Shown piece after piece: positions 13,602 through 27,291 of a DNA stretch of 64,000 bases. Source of the stretch: Podarcis melisellensis. Lineage: Eukaryota. Both the position numbers and the translations under genes were made by a program. The stretch lies in the NCBI GenBank assembly GCA_964234715.1, contig OZ174280.1. One strand, given 5' to 3'. The notes under the pieces are model-generated. The model saw only the letters and a list, made by a program, of their open reading frames with translations, was not told where the DNA came from and did not search any database. Position 1 is the first letter of the stretch; every line of letters starts with the position of its first letter.

Positions 13602-16600
13602 AACTCTTGCTTCGTAGCATTATCTTCACCCTAGGGACCAGAGACCGGAGGACTTCTGGATGAATCTGCAAGTGCACTTGTCCGCTCAGCTTAACAACTG
13701 TAACCATTTTAATTAGTGGCGTTAACCAACTGACAGAGAGAGAGAGAATGAGAGATAGATGTTTGGGGAGCGTGAGAGTTTTACATTGTTTGCATTTAAA
13801 TTAAGACAAGGAAATCTGAAGCAAACAAATAGGATGGGCGTAACAATGTCTTCTTCAATGCAGTGACAGCATTAGAAACTAAAATTTATTTGAAACATGA
13901 CTTTGCACATGTGTGCAGGTGATCAGTGCCTATATCTCCATGTTCAAGTACATGTGTGTTTGTTTGTAGGCACACAGATGCATGTGGTCCAGCTGCACAG
14001 ATATCTGTATATATGGTACTCCATATGATTGTATGTATGTTTTGTGGGTGTCTGTATTTTTGCATGCACGTTCCTGCAGTATATATACACTTGGGTGCAT
14101 ACCCAGGCTAAAGCCCTTTCCAAGTGGCCTCCTCATTGCTGATAAGCCATCTCATTTTTATCCAACAGTGTCCAAAGGTGACTACATTTAACCAATTGGA
14201 TTGGAAGTAAATGATACACGATTGGCTCTGTTCCTGGACATCTCACCTTGGAGAGTTTCGGTAGCTTTCTTTGTCACATGCAGAATTATCTTTAATCCCT
14301 GAAGGCTCCATGGGGAACACAGTGACCTGCACAAAAGAAAGTAGAGGCTTTTCTTAAAAGATGGCAGCATCCAGTCAAATCAATTAATAAGTGTAAAATG
14401 GAATTAACTGGGAACATGGGAACTTTTTGTGAGACCTGTGCAGCAATGTTTTTGAAAAGGACCTCTCTCTTTTTTCCTTTTCCAAAACTCAGGTTGTCCT
14501 TGATGAGGAGCTTAACCGTGTTCTATATACACTGGGCTTCCTGATTGTTGCTGTTTTCTCTAATAAACACCACTTTGTGCCTTTTGATTTAATTATTTTT
14601 AATATCCGCAAAAGGAAAGGTCCCTTCTGCACAATTGAAAAGCTGTGCTTCCAACTACATTGGGTACCTTAGCATCATAATCACACAAGTTTCTTTAATG
14701 TTTATATCACACCTTCCAACTTTTGGCTATATAAACTGTGCCTTTCACAACTGTGCACTAATATTTCCATATTCTGTCGCACCCATGCCACACAGTCCTA
14801 AACACATTTATTCAGACATTATGTGTCTCTCTGTTCAATATGACTGCAGCCTTCATGAATAAGGATCATAGATTTGCTGCAGGGTATAATCATGCTGCTG
14901 TTCACAACTTTTCATTTGCTGCATGAGCATTTCTGCACTGGCTTAGCACAGAAACAGTTAAAAAAACAGCAGTAGACAAGCACTGAAAGAGCACTGCAGT
15001 ACTGTAGTAGCACAGCTGATGAGGACACTGAACAGTTTTTAAAATTACATTTAAAATAAATGTTCCCGATATTTTGCAGACATGGAGTGGAGCAGGTGGG
15101 CACTGGGTCCTACTTGGCATTAATGAGATTTCAGACAACAATCAGTTGGTTCCATGAAGCAGTTATGCTGAGAAGCTACAGGGAAGTTGTTTGAACTCTG
15201 TACAACAAACTGATAATAACTGTGGCAAAAGGATTCTCGCTTGCACAATGGGACTTCCCCCTTCCCGCCCCATGTGTGTCCCATGTCCTCCCCAAATCTG
15301 CTCCAGTTGGGCAGTTGGGGAACCCCCAGAACAGCCTTAAGGGTAGGAGGGAAGAGGAAGGGGGGGAGTCCCATTGTGAGAATCCTTGTGTTGACAGGAT
15401 ATTACTTAGCATTCCAGTGAATCCAAGCCTGGACATTTATTTTGCTAAAAAATTGATTGTTTGGAAAGGACTAGAGACAAAAATGAGAAACTCTGGGTGG
15501 TTAAAGCACAGCATGCTGTGAGCATCCTTCCATGTCATCTGTAGCACAGTAAGATGTAGCTGCCAAACTAGCCTTTAGAGATTAGTTTTTAAAGTAAATG
15601 TCAAATGGTCTGTCTTTGCCTTATCCCTGTTTTAGGAATGAAGGTAGTTGACTCAGACTTATTGCTTGAACAGAGGCTGCTCAGTCTCCTGGGACTATGT
15701 GTGCATAGGATCCACTTTATAAAGGTGATGCCAGTGAAAAAGCTAGCTTCTCTGGCTAACATGCACTGACCTTTCTGGAAATCCTGTCCCTGGGGTACCT
15801 GCAAACCGAGTGGGAGGGTCAAGATTTTGGAATGAGAGAAGTAGCAATACAACACCGATTATTTCCACCAATTCTTTCTGAGAATCTGAGGCTGGCTTCC
15901 AGCAGGGCATTTCAGTTAGGTCCTTGTCCTACGTGTGACCAAGTCATGCTATTATTGTCCAAGATGCATTGTGGGTGAAAAAGAACACTGTATGATTGAA
16001 ATACCTCAGGAGTTAGTTTACTGTTTGCCTCTGTGTTTTACATTATTTCTATTTATTTCTACTAAAAATGTTTCATGGAGAAAAATAATCTGATGGAATT
16101 AAACCAGCCAGGCGGTGGGAAATATTTTATGGTGCAGTCTTGATTCATCACAATCACTGGGGCCTTGAGCTGCATCCTTGGAATATTTATATATATGGAG
16201 CCCATTTCTGGCAAGCTGCCATTATAGGAGTCAGAACTCTGTTATTTTGTCCTGTTTAATATTCAGTTCTTTTGTTTTGTTTCATGTTAAAAGAACAGGT
16301 TAGTGAAAGACCACGTGTTTTCTAAAATGCTATGTACCTCATGAGCCTTTGTTCCATCAAAATTTCTTCAAAGGTTTGAGAACTTAGGGAATGTGTAGTG
16401 TGCACCCAAGTGTGTATGTGTGCATATGTGTTAGAGAGAGAGAAACACCAAGTTGTGCGTAACCTTTTCTTCCCATTTCCCCAAACATATGTTCATGTGC
16501 ACCCCATTTTCCCTAGATTTCAGTTAAACCACTTTATCAGTCTCTACTGCTTGGCCCAGTTCAGATATTTGGACACCTTCCACATGCTGGGGGCTAGGCA

Positions 16601-19600
16601 TAGTCTCAGGAATCCGTGCATCATGTGCACAATTTGCCCCACTCACACAAGAGGTCATTTGCTGCAGGCCGCACATGCTCCTAGCACCCAAGCCCAGCTC
16701 CCAGTTTATGAAAGACACTTCCAAGACCCTGAGAGGCTCAACAAGGTCCCTGTTTTGTCAGAGAAGCAGAATTGTCTGCATCACACATCATTTTTATCTG
16801 AGATTTTCAGGTGGGGGGGTCAGAAATAGCTGTATATACCATAGTCTGTGTGTGGAGAGGGTGTGCATCGTTGCTCCAAAATTGTCATCTAGATGAAAAT
16901 ATTTTAAAATGAAGACTTCAGGAATTTCTGCCAATTTTCCATAAGATTTTGGCAGGGAGAGTAAAGCCCACTGTAGCTGCGAGTGGTATATGTGTCCTTT
17001 TATTTATTTCTAAGCATTTCTACTTTGCTCTTCTATTTGAATAATTAGTATTTCCCTTAGGAGTCAGGTCATCTTCTCCATTAAAATGCCCACAAATTCT
17101 CAAATGAGGCCAAATGCGGAACAGTCACTAGAGAACAAGAACTTCTGGGCCTTTCCATAGACTACCCTATCCTTCCATCTGTGAGCTCTGCTTTTGTCCT
17201 TGCCTCCTCCATTTTCCAATCCTGATCTTTCTTTTGACCCTGACAACTCAGGGACAACTTGTACATTTGGATCCCATTTCAGGAACTAGGAGTGTTGTCC
17301 CAGACCCTGTAATACAACTTTCTACAGTGTTTTCACAGTTGTGCTGGTCCTTGTCAGCTACCATCCACTCTGGGAAATGCCTTGCCCTCCCAGTTTTATG
17401 CTTCAGGATCAACCCAGGAAGCCCCATTTAGCTGAGCCCTATTTGCATACCTGCCTTATACTTATGAGACAAGTGAGCCATTAACCTAAATGCAGCTTGA
17501 AGGAAGAGTTCTACTCTGCTTCATTCTGACTGTCGCATTCCTTATTGGCAGATAGAACTATACCTACTCCCTCTGCTAAATGGAAACTATGAATACCAGA
17601 GCAAAGTCATGGGATGGCACCAGTTCAGAAAAGACTCCAAGCTGGCAACTTCTCCACTTTTGTCATTTCTGTGGAATGGCTCTGTCCTGTGCAGACCTCA
17701 CCCTTGTCTGCTGAATAGTGCTGATAACTGAGCCATGGGTTGCAAGCCAAGGGTGGGGATGTGGTATCCACACAGACAGATTGGGCAGCGCTGTGAAAGT
17801 AGAGCAGCAGGGATATACACATGCACACACACACCATTATTTTGAATTAATGGGCACTGCTTGTTCAGCCTCAGAGCAACAATGACATTCTGGCTTTTGT
17901 CTCTTTCATCACCGACTTCATCAGAGTTGCCAAGCTTGGAGAAATCAGTCTTGCTTCCCAAATACCATCTGTTGTTGCTTGGTTGCTTTTTTTTTTTTTT
18001 TAACCTCTAAGTGCCTTCTTGGAAACAGGGCTGGGAGCCAGTTCTGCAAGTAGACCTGTCTTTTTCTTTCTTTTTAATCAAAGTCAGACTTGAACTCTAC
18101 TGCTTTCTGGTGAATTTTCACTTCCCTGCATGTCTTTCTATGCATGAAATTGTTATACCAATCCTCAGCTGCTTTCCAAAAATAAAAAATGATTAGTTTG
18201 GAATTTTAGATCAGAAGAAATGTAGTGGCACCTGGTGCCTATTTTTCTGGATATATTTTTTGTGTGTCCCAGAAAGCATCATATATTAAGTCTATTGGTG
18301 CCTTTAAAAAGTTCACAGCTGTAGCCTTCCCACCTCACTATGTCATAAATTATTTACAATTGCATACTGAAGGATATATCGGCAAATACTGGTGGATTAT
18401 TATTTAGTTCTATCACTTTCTTAACCTTTGTACTTTTCTAAGGTGTTTACTAATGGTATGCAATCAGGGAGCATGCTGTCAGTCTGTTTTTGGAAACACG
18501 GGTTCCAAACGATTGCCCAGGCTTCAGACATTTGTTTCAGCCAAGTTGGCAACTTGGCACACTCAGATGACCATACCAGGCCTTGATGAGAGTAGCACAA
18601 AGAATCATGAGACGGCTTCTCCCTCACATTTAGTAGACGTACAATAATGTTTACAATAAACGAGAGCTGTGCCTATTGGTGGTCGATGCTGTGGCAGGCA
18701 GGTGCCACCTTGGGTTCCTGTGGGGAATTTCCCCGTTTCAGTGTGCTGCTACTTCTTTGCCTGAAGCATGATAATATTCCCTTTCTATTTCCAAGCTCTG
18801 ATAAGGAGTGCAGTGTCTTTCCTAAGAGGGATTAGTGTGAGAAATGTAGGGATCCAGCAGGAACACCAGACAGCAGATAGAGAACACCTTGGAGCTAGTG
18901 TGGTCAGATTCTCCCAAACCTCTTCAGGATATCACCGCTGCTGAGCAAGCAATGCTCCCCAAGCTACCAAACACAGCACATGTGGTCTACCTCAGCAGTA
19001 GGACTCTGCAAGACTCACCAAGCGACGCCGTGCTGCTTTAAGCAAGGGAGGGTGAAAGAACAATTTGAGAGCCCTTTAAAAAATACATTGAATAAGCCCT
19101 TACTTGGAGGGGAAGCTTTTCTAACCTTTGTCCCTTGTGGAGCCATGGGTACATTATGCATCTAATAGATGCTCTGTCCTCCTGCCTAATGTAAATATGG
19201 GCATTCTCACTAGCCATGGGAATGACTGTTTACACTGAGTTCGGACCTTTTGGTAAGTGGTGTGTCGAAGTGTCTATTGAAAAGTAGCACCTGGCCACTC
19301 CTGGGAACTTGCAGGGATCAAAGCAAGGCCTGAAAACACAGAGCTGCAAAATAGCCGTGCCTCCTGTGCTGATACCCCCACTGGAAACACGTGCCCAGTT
19401 TCTAGTGAAATGGATGTGCAAAACTGTTTTTATTTCCACCTTTTAAAGCCTATGTGTTAAAGTTTGTATAAGAGACTTCATTAACTCTTCAAATGTTAGT
19501 AGAAATATAAATAAACATAGTCCTCCTTCACAGCATGGTTGATATCTGACAGCATCAGTGCATCAAGTTCCTATCATGGGAAAGCAAATTTGTTCACCAT

Positions 19601-19934
19601 CTAGCCATACCCTCTGGCTGTAAATGTTATTAGCCCTTGTTCTGTTAATGAAACGTGTTCTAGTTTGGCCTGCTTTCTGAATGCATTTTTTATCAGCCTT
19701 TCTCTACTGAAGTTGATGCAGAAATCTAATAAAAATAATAATCTGAAATGAAAGTAGTGGTTGTCTCTTTTTGCTGACCAACATTTTAATGCACATTACA
19801 TGTATTAGCTTCCTTTCTCAGATATATCTCGGATGGTATGTTGTGTGTGGAACAGACTGGTTTGGGATGTGGAGGGGGAAAGTCTATGGCTCCAAAGAAC
19901 ATTTGCACTAACAATGCAATGAATGTGTGCTAGG

Positions 19935-20081
19935 CAGTGCTTTTTTTCCTTTAAAAAAATGTTTAGGGGTACTCTCATTTTCCTACTCATATTGAAATAC
20001 TGCCCCTCAAGAGGCCAAACTTAGATTTGCAAAACGTTTAGGGGTATGCGTACCCCTGCATACCCCCAGAAAAAAGCACTG
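19935..20081. mobile_element. hAT-type MITE
   Basis: TIRs CAGTGCTTTTTT / AAAAAAGCACTG; 8-bp TSD GTGCTAGG (19927-19934, 20082-20089). Confidence 0.85.
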
Positions 20082-20999
20082 GTGCTAGGATATATACTAG
20101 TAGCATGTTGAGCCATGTGAATGATGGGCATGGCATGTTTTGATCCTGTGCATTGCACCTCATTCAAGTTGTAGTTCTATATACAAGCCCCAATGAACTT
20201 AATAGCATATCCAAGTAGACGTGCATAGGAATGTGCTTTTACTCTCATTTTGCCATTTCAATATTTGGTTGCTCTCCTGCAAATCCAAAATACATAGACA
20301 ACCTGTGGCTCTTCCTTGTAATGCAGTATTGGCTGTGGTGGAGGGTTACTGCTTTTATCTTTGTGCTGCAGACTTAAATGACTGTGTAGTTTTGCTTCAC
20401 TGACTACCCATTTTCTTAGTATCAATTAGGGAAGGTTTTCCCAAAAAAAACACATATCATGGAACGAGTTCTTCAGGAAGCCAAGCTAGGTGCCTCTTGT
20501 TTCTTACAAAGTCCTTTTTCAGATGACTGGTATGTTGTGGTATGTGATATTACAAATATACCATGGAAAGGACACTTGCAAAGCAATGAAAATGTAAGGA
20601 AAACAATTTGAGAGAGCTGTGATACATATTTATATAGGTGTCAAAATGGCTGCTGGTGGTTTTTTGCCTGTTTAATATTGCAGTCTTATATATGTTTATT
20701 CATAAGTTAGTCCCATTGAGTGAAGTGGAACCTACTCTCATGTAAGTGGGTATAGGGATTGCAGCCTAAAGTGCTCCATGTTCGTTGGACGACCATGCCA
20801 GCCTCCACTGGTGGAGAAGGAGAGGATGGGCTGGACTGGAAGCACTAGACAGAACAGGTAGGTAGAGGATCCCACCTGAATTAATAGTATGTATGTGTGT
20901 TCCTTACCCGTGAATTAAGAGGCTTGGCTGTGAGAGATGTAGTTCAAAACTGCATCAAATCAGCTAGGATGAGCCTCAAGAACACAGATATCAAGAGGT

Positions 21000-21474
21000 G
21001 CCTGTTTCCCCAAAAGTAAGACATCCCCCCAAAATAAAACCTACTTCCAGTTTTGCCTCTCGCCATAATATAAGGCATCCCCCCAAAATAAGACCTCCCG
21101 TATAATACGGCCTCCCCCCGAACATAAGGCCTCCCCAGAATATAAGGCCCCTGAAGCTACCATGAGGCGTCTGACTCCTCTGGACCATAGCGGCGGGCGC
21201 CGCCGCGCAGCTCACTGATTGGCCGCAGCACAGCCAGAACTCTTCAGGCAGTGCAAGGTCTCTATAAATCAGAGAGCCCACGCCGCTGCCACGACAAGCT
21301 GCCACCTGCTGCTCGCTCTGCCCTGACGGAGTCTGGCTGACTCACAATTAGACAATAAATGTGGACTGCATTCTTCTTCATGGAAAAGTAAGTCATCCCC
21401 TGAAAATAAGACCTAGGGCATCTTTGGGAGCAAAAATTAATATAAGACACTGCGTTATTTTCGGGAAAACAGGG
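21000..21474. mobile_element. Non-autonomous Tc1/mariner-superfamily (Tc2/pogo-like) element
   Basis: Imperfect TIRs CCTGTTTCCCCAAAAGTAAG / TTATTTTCGGGAAAACAGGG followed by TA; repeated subterminal AAAATAAGAC-like motifs. Confidence 0.6.
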
Positions 21475-22835
21475 TATTTCCAAGCTCATACAGTGTTTAA
21501 ATCAGGTGTGAGGAACCTCGCTAAACAACTCCGATCAGCTCCAGCAAGCTGCAAAAGAAGAAGGCATAAACAAAGGGTGAGGAATCTCAATTTGGCCCTC
21601 TGAACTCTTCCCCTTGTAACCTGCTTCTCAACAGCACCCTCTCTCCCCCCAGCCACACCTTTCACTAACCTTACCTGTCCCGGAATGGCTGGAATATATT
21701 GCTGAACACTGATAATGCCTCTTGCTTACCTGGATGGAAGATGGAGCAGATATGTGTGTTTAAAACTGAATTACTGTACAAAGGTAGCATTTACCTTTGT
21801 TGCGCCACCCACTTTTACCTGGGGCCCTGCCCACCACTGGAACGTGGCCCCTGAAAGGTTGCCCAAAAGGGAATGTGGCCTTTGGTCTGAAAAGCTTTCC
21901 CCACATGGTCTGAAAAGCTTTCCCCACATCTGGTGCAAACTATGGATTTTATTATGCATGCTTTTTCTCTCATTGACCTCAGCGACATTCAAGGCTTATG
22001 CACCAGTGTACCGAACTGCAGCCAGTAAGAGTAATTGAGCAGTAGGAATAAACTTGCACACAACCACAGCAAGTTTTCAAGGGGGTGGGGGGAGAACACT
22101 TTCGACACAATTTTATTGATAGACAATCTTTCTGTACATATTATGCTCAAATTGGCTCGCATTCTCTTTAATAACAGTGACAAAACAAATAGATTCAAAT
22201 GGTCCAGTACAACCTACAATATAAAAAAACAAAATATTTTGGCATGAGGCAAATTGTTTTAGGATTTCTGTTGTTGTGGAGCATTAACTTATCCCGTGCT
22301 GAACATAGTCCATCTTGCACCTTTCACTCTCTCACCTCTGCAGATTTTCCTGGAATAGAGGCATACATAGTAATTGAAAACAATGTGCCTTTTTGCACTG
22401 CTGCTTCATTAGCAGCCCCAATAGGGGCTGGGGAAAGGGGAGAAAGCCAGGGAAAAACGGAACATTATATGTAAGCCATCCCTTTCTCATTTCTCCCTCA
22501 GGCAGTACAGAGTATCAAATAACGCTGAACTGAAGTTGGTCTTGCACTGAGGTATCTGGGCTTGTGCTGAGATGAGCAACTGCCTGCCCCACAAACCAAG
22601 TTCCTGAGAAGTTTCACATTACTTCTCTTGGAGAGCCCTATAGCTTTCTCTGCTGCCAAGATACAGCAGGAAGGCATCGGTGGTTCTAAAGCAGGTTTGA
22701 GGAACCTTGACTCTCCACCTCTCATCAGTCCCAACAAGCATGGCCAAGGGCCGAGGGTGACGGGAGGTGTAGTTCAGCAAAACCAGGAAGGCCAAAAGTT
22801 CCCCTCACATGTTCTAAACAGAGATGTAACATAAC

Positions 22836-22925
22836 CATAGCTGTCAACTTTTCCCTTTTCTTGTGAGTAATCCTATTAGTAATAAGGGAATTTCCCTTTA
22901 AAAAAGGGAAACGTTGACAGCTATG
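22836..22925. mobile_element. 90-bp hAT-type mini-MITE
   Basis: Perfect 13-bp TIRs CATAGCTGTCAAC / GTTGACAGCTATG; 8-bp TSD AACATAAC (22828-22835, 22926-22933). Confidence 0.85.
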
Positions 22926-23356
22926 AACATAACTATTTATCTGAAAAGTAGCCCTTTTCTTTTATCCTAGATGTAGGCTGACAAGGTAAAAAAAAAGCAG
23001 GGCTCCACCGACCCCCAAGAGACACACACATAGATAAGCTCCATCCATGAAACATTTATTCATTTATTTATGAATTGAATTTATATACCACCCTATACCC
23101 GATATATAAATTCTTGCCTGCATCGTTGCACCGGCTCAAGTGGGTGCCTTCTCATCTTACATCTTCAACCCAGCCAATGCACCTTCAGCAGAAACTATTC
23201 CCAAAATATTGGCAGGTACATTGCAGCAACATTGGACAAAGGAGTGCACAAGAAAGCAGGAATACATGTGGACTTATAGCAGCCCGTTCAAACGGCTCTG
23301 CTGGTTCTGAGATCATGGCAGCTAGCCTTGTTGCCAGCCACCTGCAGAATGAAGCC

Positions 23357-23391
23357 ATTGATTGACTGATTGATTGATTGATTGATTGATT
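23357..23391. repeat. (GATT)n microsatellite
   Basis: Directly visible. Confidence 0.9.
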
Positions 23392-23559
23392 GCTCACCAA
23401 TCAAAACACACACAAGCCGCGCCTTTAAAATATGCTCCAGGCTGAGGACCTGGAAGAGCGGAGCTGCGAGTGCAGAAGGAAGTTAGGAAGGAGTGGGGAG
23501 CTGAAAGGAAGGAGATTAACGGTGAACGGGCTGCCAATGTGACCCATAGTGTATTTTGA

Positions 23560-23760
23560 GCAGCGCGCCTTTACTGCCGGCGACTCAGGGGGCGGGGGGA
23601 AGCGTGCGAGCCCAGCCTCTTCCTACCATTGGGTGGGTTGCGGCAGCTCTGGCCAATCGCAGCGCGCCTTCTGTAGAGGCGGGAGACGCACAGCCGGCTG
23701 AGCGGCGGCGGCGGCCGTTCTTTCCTACCTGCCTGCCAATGGAGCGGCGGCTGGGTGAGT
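23560..23760 (+). promoter_or_regulatory. CpG-rich promoter and probable first exon of the SLC25 carrier gene
   Basis: Local CpG-rich island with a GC box (GGGGGCGGGGGG near 23588), CCAAT boxes (ATTGG 23628, CCAAT 23653) and a strong donor CTGG|GTGAGT at 23754/23755. The next plausible acceptor (TTTATAG|) at 27800/27801 opens the ATG-containing exon. Confidence 0.7.
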
Positions 23761-23962
23761 AAATGCGTAGAATTTGAAACCGAGAGCCGTTGGCCGTCAG
23801 TTGACCCGAGGGGAGGGACAGCTCGTGTTGCCTGGTGACCGCTCCGTTGCCATTTGATTTCAAATACCTACCCCCTCCTTGGCATGGCATATAAGGGCTA
23901 ATAATATTCATGGCCAAGGGTGGCTCCTTGAGATAAATGGTACTGAGGGGCAGGGATATGGG

Positions 23963-24454
23963 CAGGGCCGGATTTAGGTTTGATGAGGCCCTAAGCTTTT
24001 GGAGGTAATGGGGCCCTTTATATGTCCAGCTGTCCTTTGTCAACAACAACTTGTCTCTGTTTTTTGTGTTGAATATGTGCTATACGGTATGGTAATTTAT
24101 GGACCTAATGGGTATCTAAAGCCATTTGCACATAACAAAATATATATATTATCAAAGTAATTGTTGAACTGAAATACAATTAAGAAGTATATTAATAGTG
24201 AAATACAGTTAAGTATATTAATAGTGAAATTATTAAGCTCTAACTTAAATTGATTTTTATTCATAACAAACGTAATAATGCAAACACATTGGCATTTGGA
24301 AATAACAAAAATGCCTTTAGAAACAATTTACAAAGACTCATCTATTTTAGTTGTTTTTTATCTTATATTTTGGAAATGTACATCCAGGTTTTGTTTTTTT
24401 CTTTAATTTTTTTTGGGGGGGGGCTAAGCTATAGCTTGTTTTGCTTATGCACTG
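23963..24454. mobile_element. hAT-type non-autonomous element with damaged right TIR
   Basis: Starts CAGGGCCGGATTTAGG, ends GCACTG; flanked by an 8-bp TSD GATATGGG (23955-23962, 24455-24462). Confidence 0.75.
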
Positions 24455-27108
24455 GATATGGGTACAAGTATTTGTGTTAAAATGCCCTTTTCTAGAGCTC
24501 CTGTGTCTCACTGAACTGCTGGCTGACAGGCAGAAAAACAGATGTTCCTAATGCTGCATTGATAAAGCTGCACTTAACTCAATTTTTATGTCTTCTGTGA
24601 AGCTGTGAAGAGTGGCGGGGGGGGGGGAATATAGCACCCTTTCTTTGAAGCCTCTTATCTGTTTGTCAGCGAGAGGGTGATAAACCCCCACATAATTTCC
24701 AAGAGAAGGGGTGGCACCTTAAAACCACCCCATTTATTATGGCTAAATTTTTGTGGGGTATAGTCCATCAGAGGCATGGTGTTTGTGAAATGGCACTCTT
24801 CCCCATCCACCACCAGGGGATGAGAAAAGGGGGAGAAGCAACATAACCACTAGCCCCACCCCACCCCATGTACATTCTGTGCAGACCTCTCCCCACTCAA
24901 CCTCACCTTCTCTGCTTGGGAAAATAAGAGGAATCAACCACAAAAGGGTAGTGGGGCTGGTACCGTTTTTGTTTGGTTTTTTTGTAAACAGTATTAAAGT
25001 TGACAACACAAACCCCCTGCCATTGCTTTCCCCTGCATGCCTTTAGTTATTTGAGCCCTTAGTTATTTGAGGTTCCCAGAATGGCTTGCATAAAACCAGG
25101 TGGATTAGTAAAACAATAAAAGCAGAACAGTTAAGCGCAATTAAGACCCTACTGTGGGACTTACTCCAAAGTAAGTGAGTATATGACTGCAATTTAAATG
25201 CAGCTTTAAAAAGCATGGAAAAGCCTGGAGGATGTAGAAAGTATCAACTTTTGCCGAAAAGAAAAGGACACAGAAATGTGACAAATGCAGCCTGTCATGA
25301 CGGTTTAGTGATGGAGAGTGCTTTATGTGTATAACTGTTGCCAGGGCATGGAGCTGTTAAAAGGCCCAGGAGACCTGCCAGAAAAAGGCTGTAATCTTAG
25401 AACAGTATGCAGAGTATATGGATTAGAATTACTGGGAGCATTTTGTAAGATGCAGGTTGAGAGAGCCAGTACTTGTATGTAGACCATCGTTGGGTGAATT
25501 TGAAGGAAGCAGCCATGGACGAGGTTGGAATAAGCTATCATTGCTGGGCTCATTGCTTGCAACCCTGTACATAGCATCCTCTGTTGTACTCCCAGCAGAA
25601 AGTCTGCTGGCAAAATGCTTCAGAAAAAAATAATTGACTAGAAAGTGCTAACCAATTCTGAACCAACTACTTTTCTAACTACAGTGCTTCCTACTTCTGC
25701 CTCCTGCTGATGGAAGGAGTGAAATTTCATGCATATAAGTGTTAGTGTGTCTCTCCCTGCCCAAAATGGTAATGGCCCAGAACTGAGCCTTGGAACCAGC
25801 TCAGAACACCCTGGGCTTGCCTTGCATTCTAGAAGTTGAGCCCCATATCCATTTCTCATTAGTATTCACTTCTGTTCTGATGAAAAGTGGCTTCAGAGCA
25901 CAACAGCATCTCATCACTTTCCTGCTTCTTCTACAGTCAGTAGCTTCTCCAAGTTTTGTGTATTGTACCTGTTCTGGGGTGTATGTGTTAGGGGAGGTAC
26001 TTCTGGTGGGGGACAGGTCCTACTGCTTCTGGGGTAGTTTGTCCACCTTTGATCTCCACCCTGCACTCAGCTCTCACCTGTGGCTCCTAGAAGCTGTCAG
26101 AATGCAACAACGGCCACACCCCAGGAACAGCTTCAACTGGCCAGCTAAATCAGGTGAAGATAGCCAATGGGTCTCAAACCCTCCATCCATCCAGAGAAGC
26201 AAGAGTCTTTATTGGAGTTCAAGGACATATTCCAGCCAGGCAACAGCGCTCCAGGGGAGATGCAGGGCCACTGAGGGGTGTGGCCAAGGGAGAATTTTAG
26301 GGGCTAGGTAAAGAAGCCTGGGGGGCTGCATTCAGCCCCTGTGCCTAAGATTCCCCACCCTGCTCATGTGGTATGTTGTTTCTTCTTTCACCCTCCAACC
26401 AGTACTATTTTGCAACTGGCTCCAGTTGGTGGACTTCAGGATTTTATTTTTATTTTTAAAAAGGTTGTGCAACCCTGAAGGTTCCCACCCCTGAGCTAAA
26501 GCACACTGCGCAGACAGAGAGAGTGAATTTCATATCTTACCTCCCTTGGAAGTTGAGAAAGAGTTTCAGGAGCAGTGGAATGTGATTCAGCGGATTTCAG
26601 GATCTCACATATCCAAATAATTGCATTTTAAATAATATTTTGCTATGAGCTTTATTATTTAATTATTTGTGGTGCATGTGTTTTTAGTATTGCTTTGCTA
26701 AATTGCACCATTGTGGGAATTTGGTACAAGAAGAATTGACAAAAGAAATATGGGATGAGCAAAGCAGAGATCACTTTTCATTGTTTTTCTTAGGCAAGAG
26801 TAATTATATAATTACAACTACCTTGAGCAGTCACAGGAAAGGATAAATCAAAACTGTCGCTCTATTTCTTTGCTGTTGTACAAAATTAAAGAGCCTTTTT
26901 GAAACTGGAGACACCTTAATGCCGCAACTGAAATTTCCCTGTGAGCTTTACAGACTATGCGTATCAGATGATCGGATAGTAGGCTAATAATATCTCACTT
27001 TTTGTGCAACGTACTCTTCTCTGATGTTAGTAATGGGAACTCTACCTCCAGGCTCGTCACTGCTTCTTGGTCATTTGCTCTTTATTGCATGACACCCCCG
27101 GTGGGCAC

Positions 27109-27291
27109 TGGGAATCCCAATTACTAACTTGGCTGCCCATGTGATAGTGGCATTGCTCTGACACATTTTAGCATGGTCTTCCCTGGAAGCACTGGTGTGT
27201 TGTCTCATCATGGGAATGGGGAACCCCAACTACTAACCTGGCTGCCCATGTGATAATGGCATTGCTCTGACACATTTCAGCATGGCCTTCC
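27109..27291. repeat. Local direct duplication (about 75 bp, two copies)
   Basis: ...ACTAACTTGGCTGCCCATGTGATAGTGGCATTGCTCTGACACATTTTAGCATGG... recurs about 109 bp downstream with few mismatches. Confidence 0.85.

Noticed and set aside
25790-26311. 173-aa ORF in intron 1 of the carrier gene
   Set aside because: Non-ATG start, no recognisable domain, and it overlaps repeat-like sequence.
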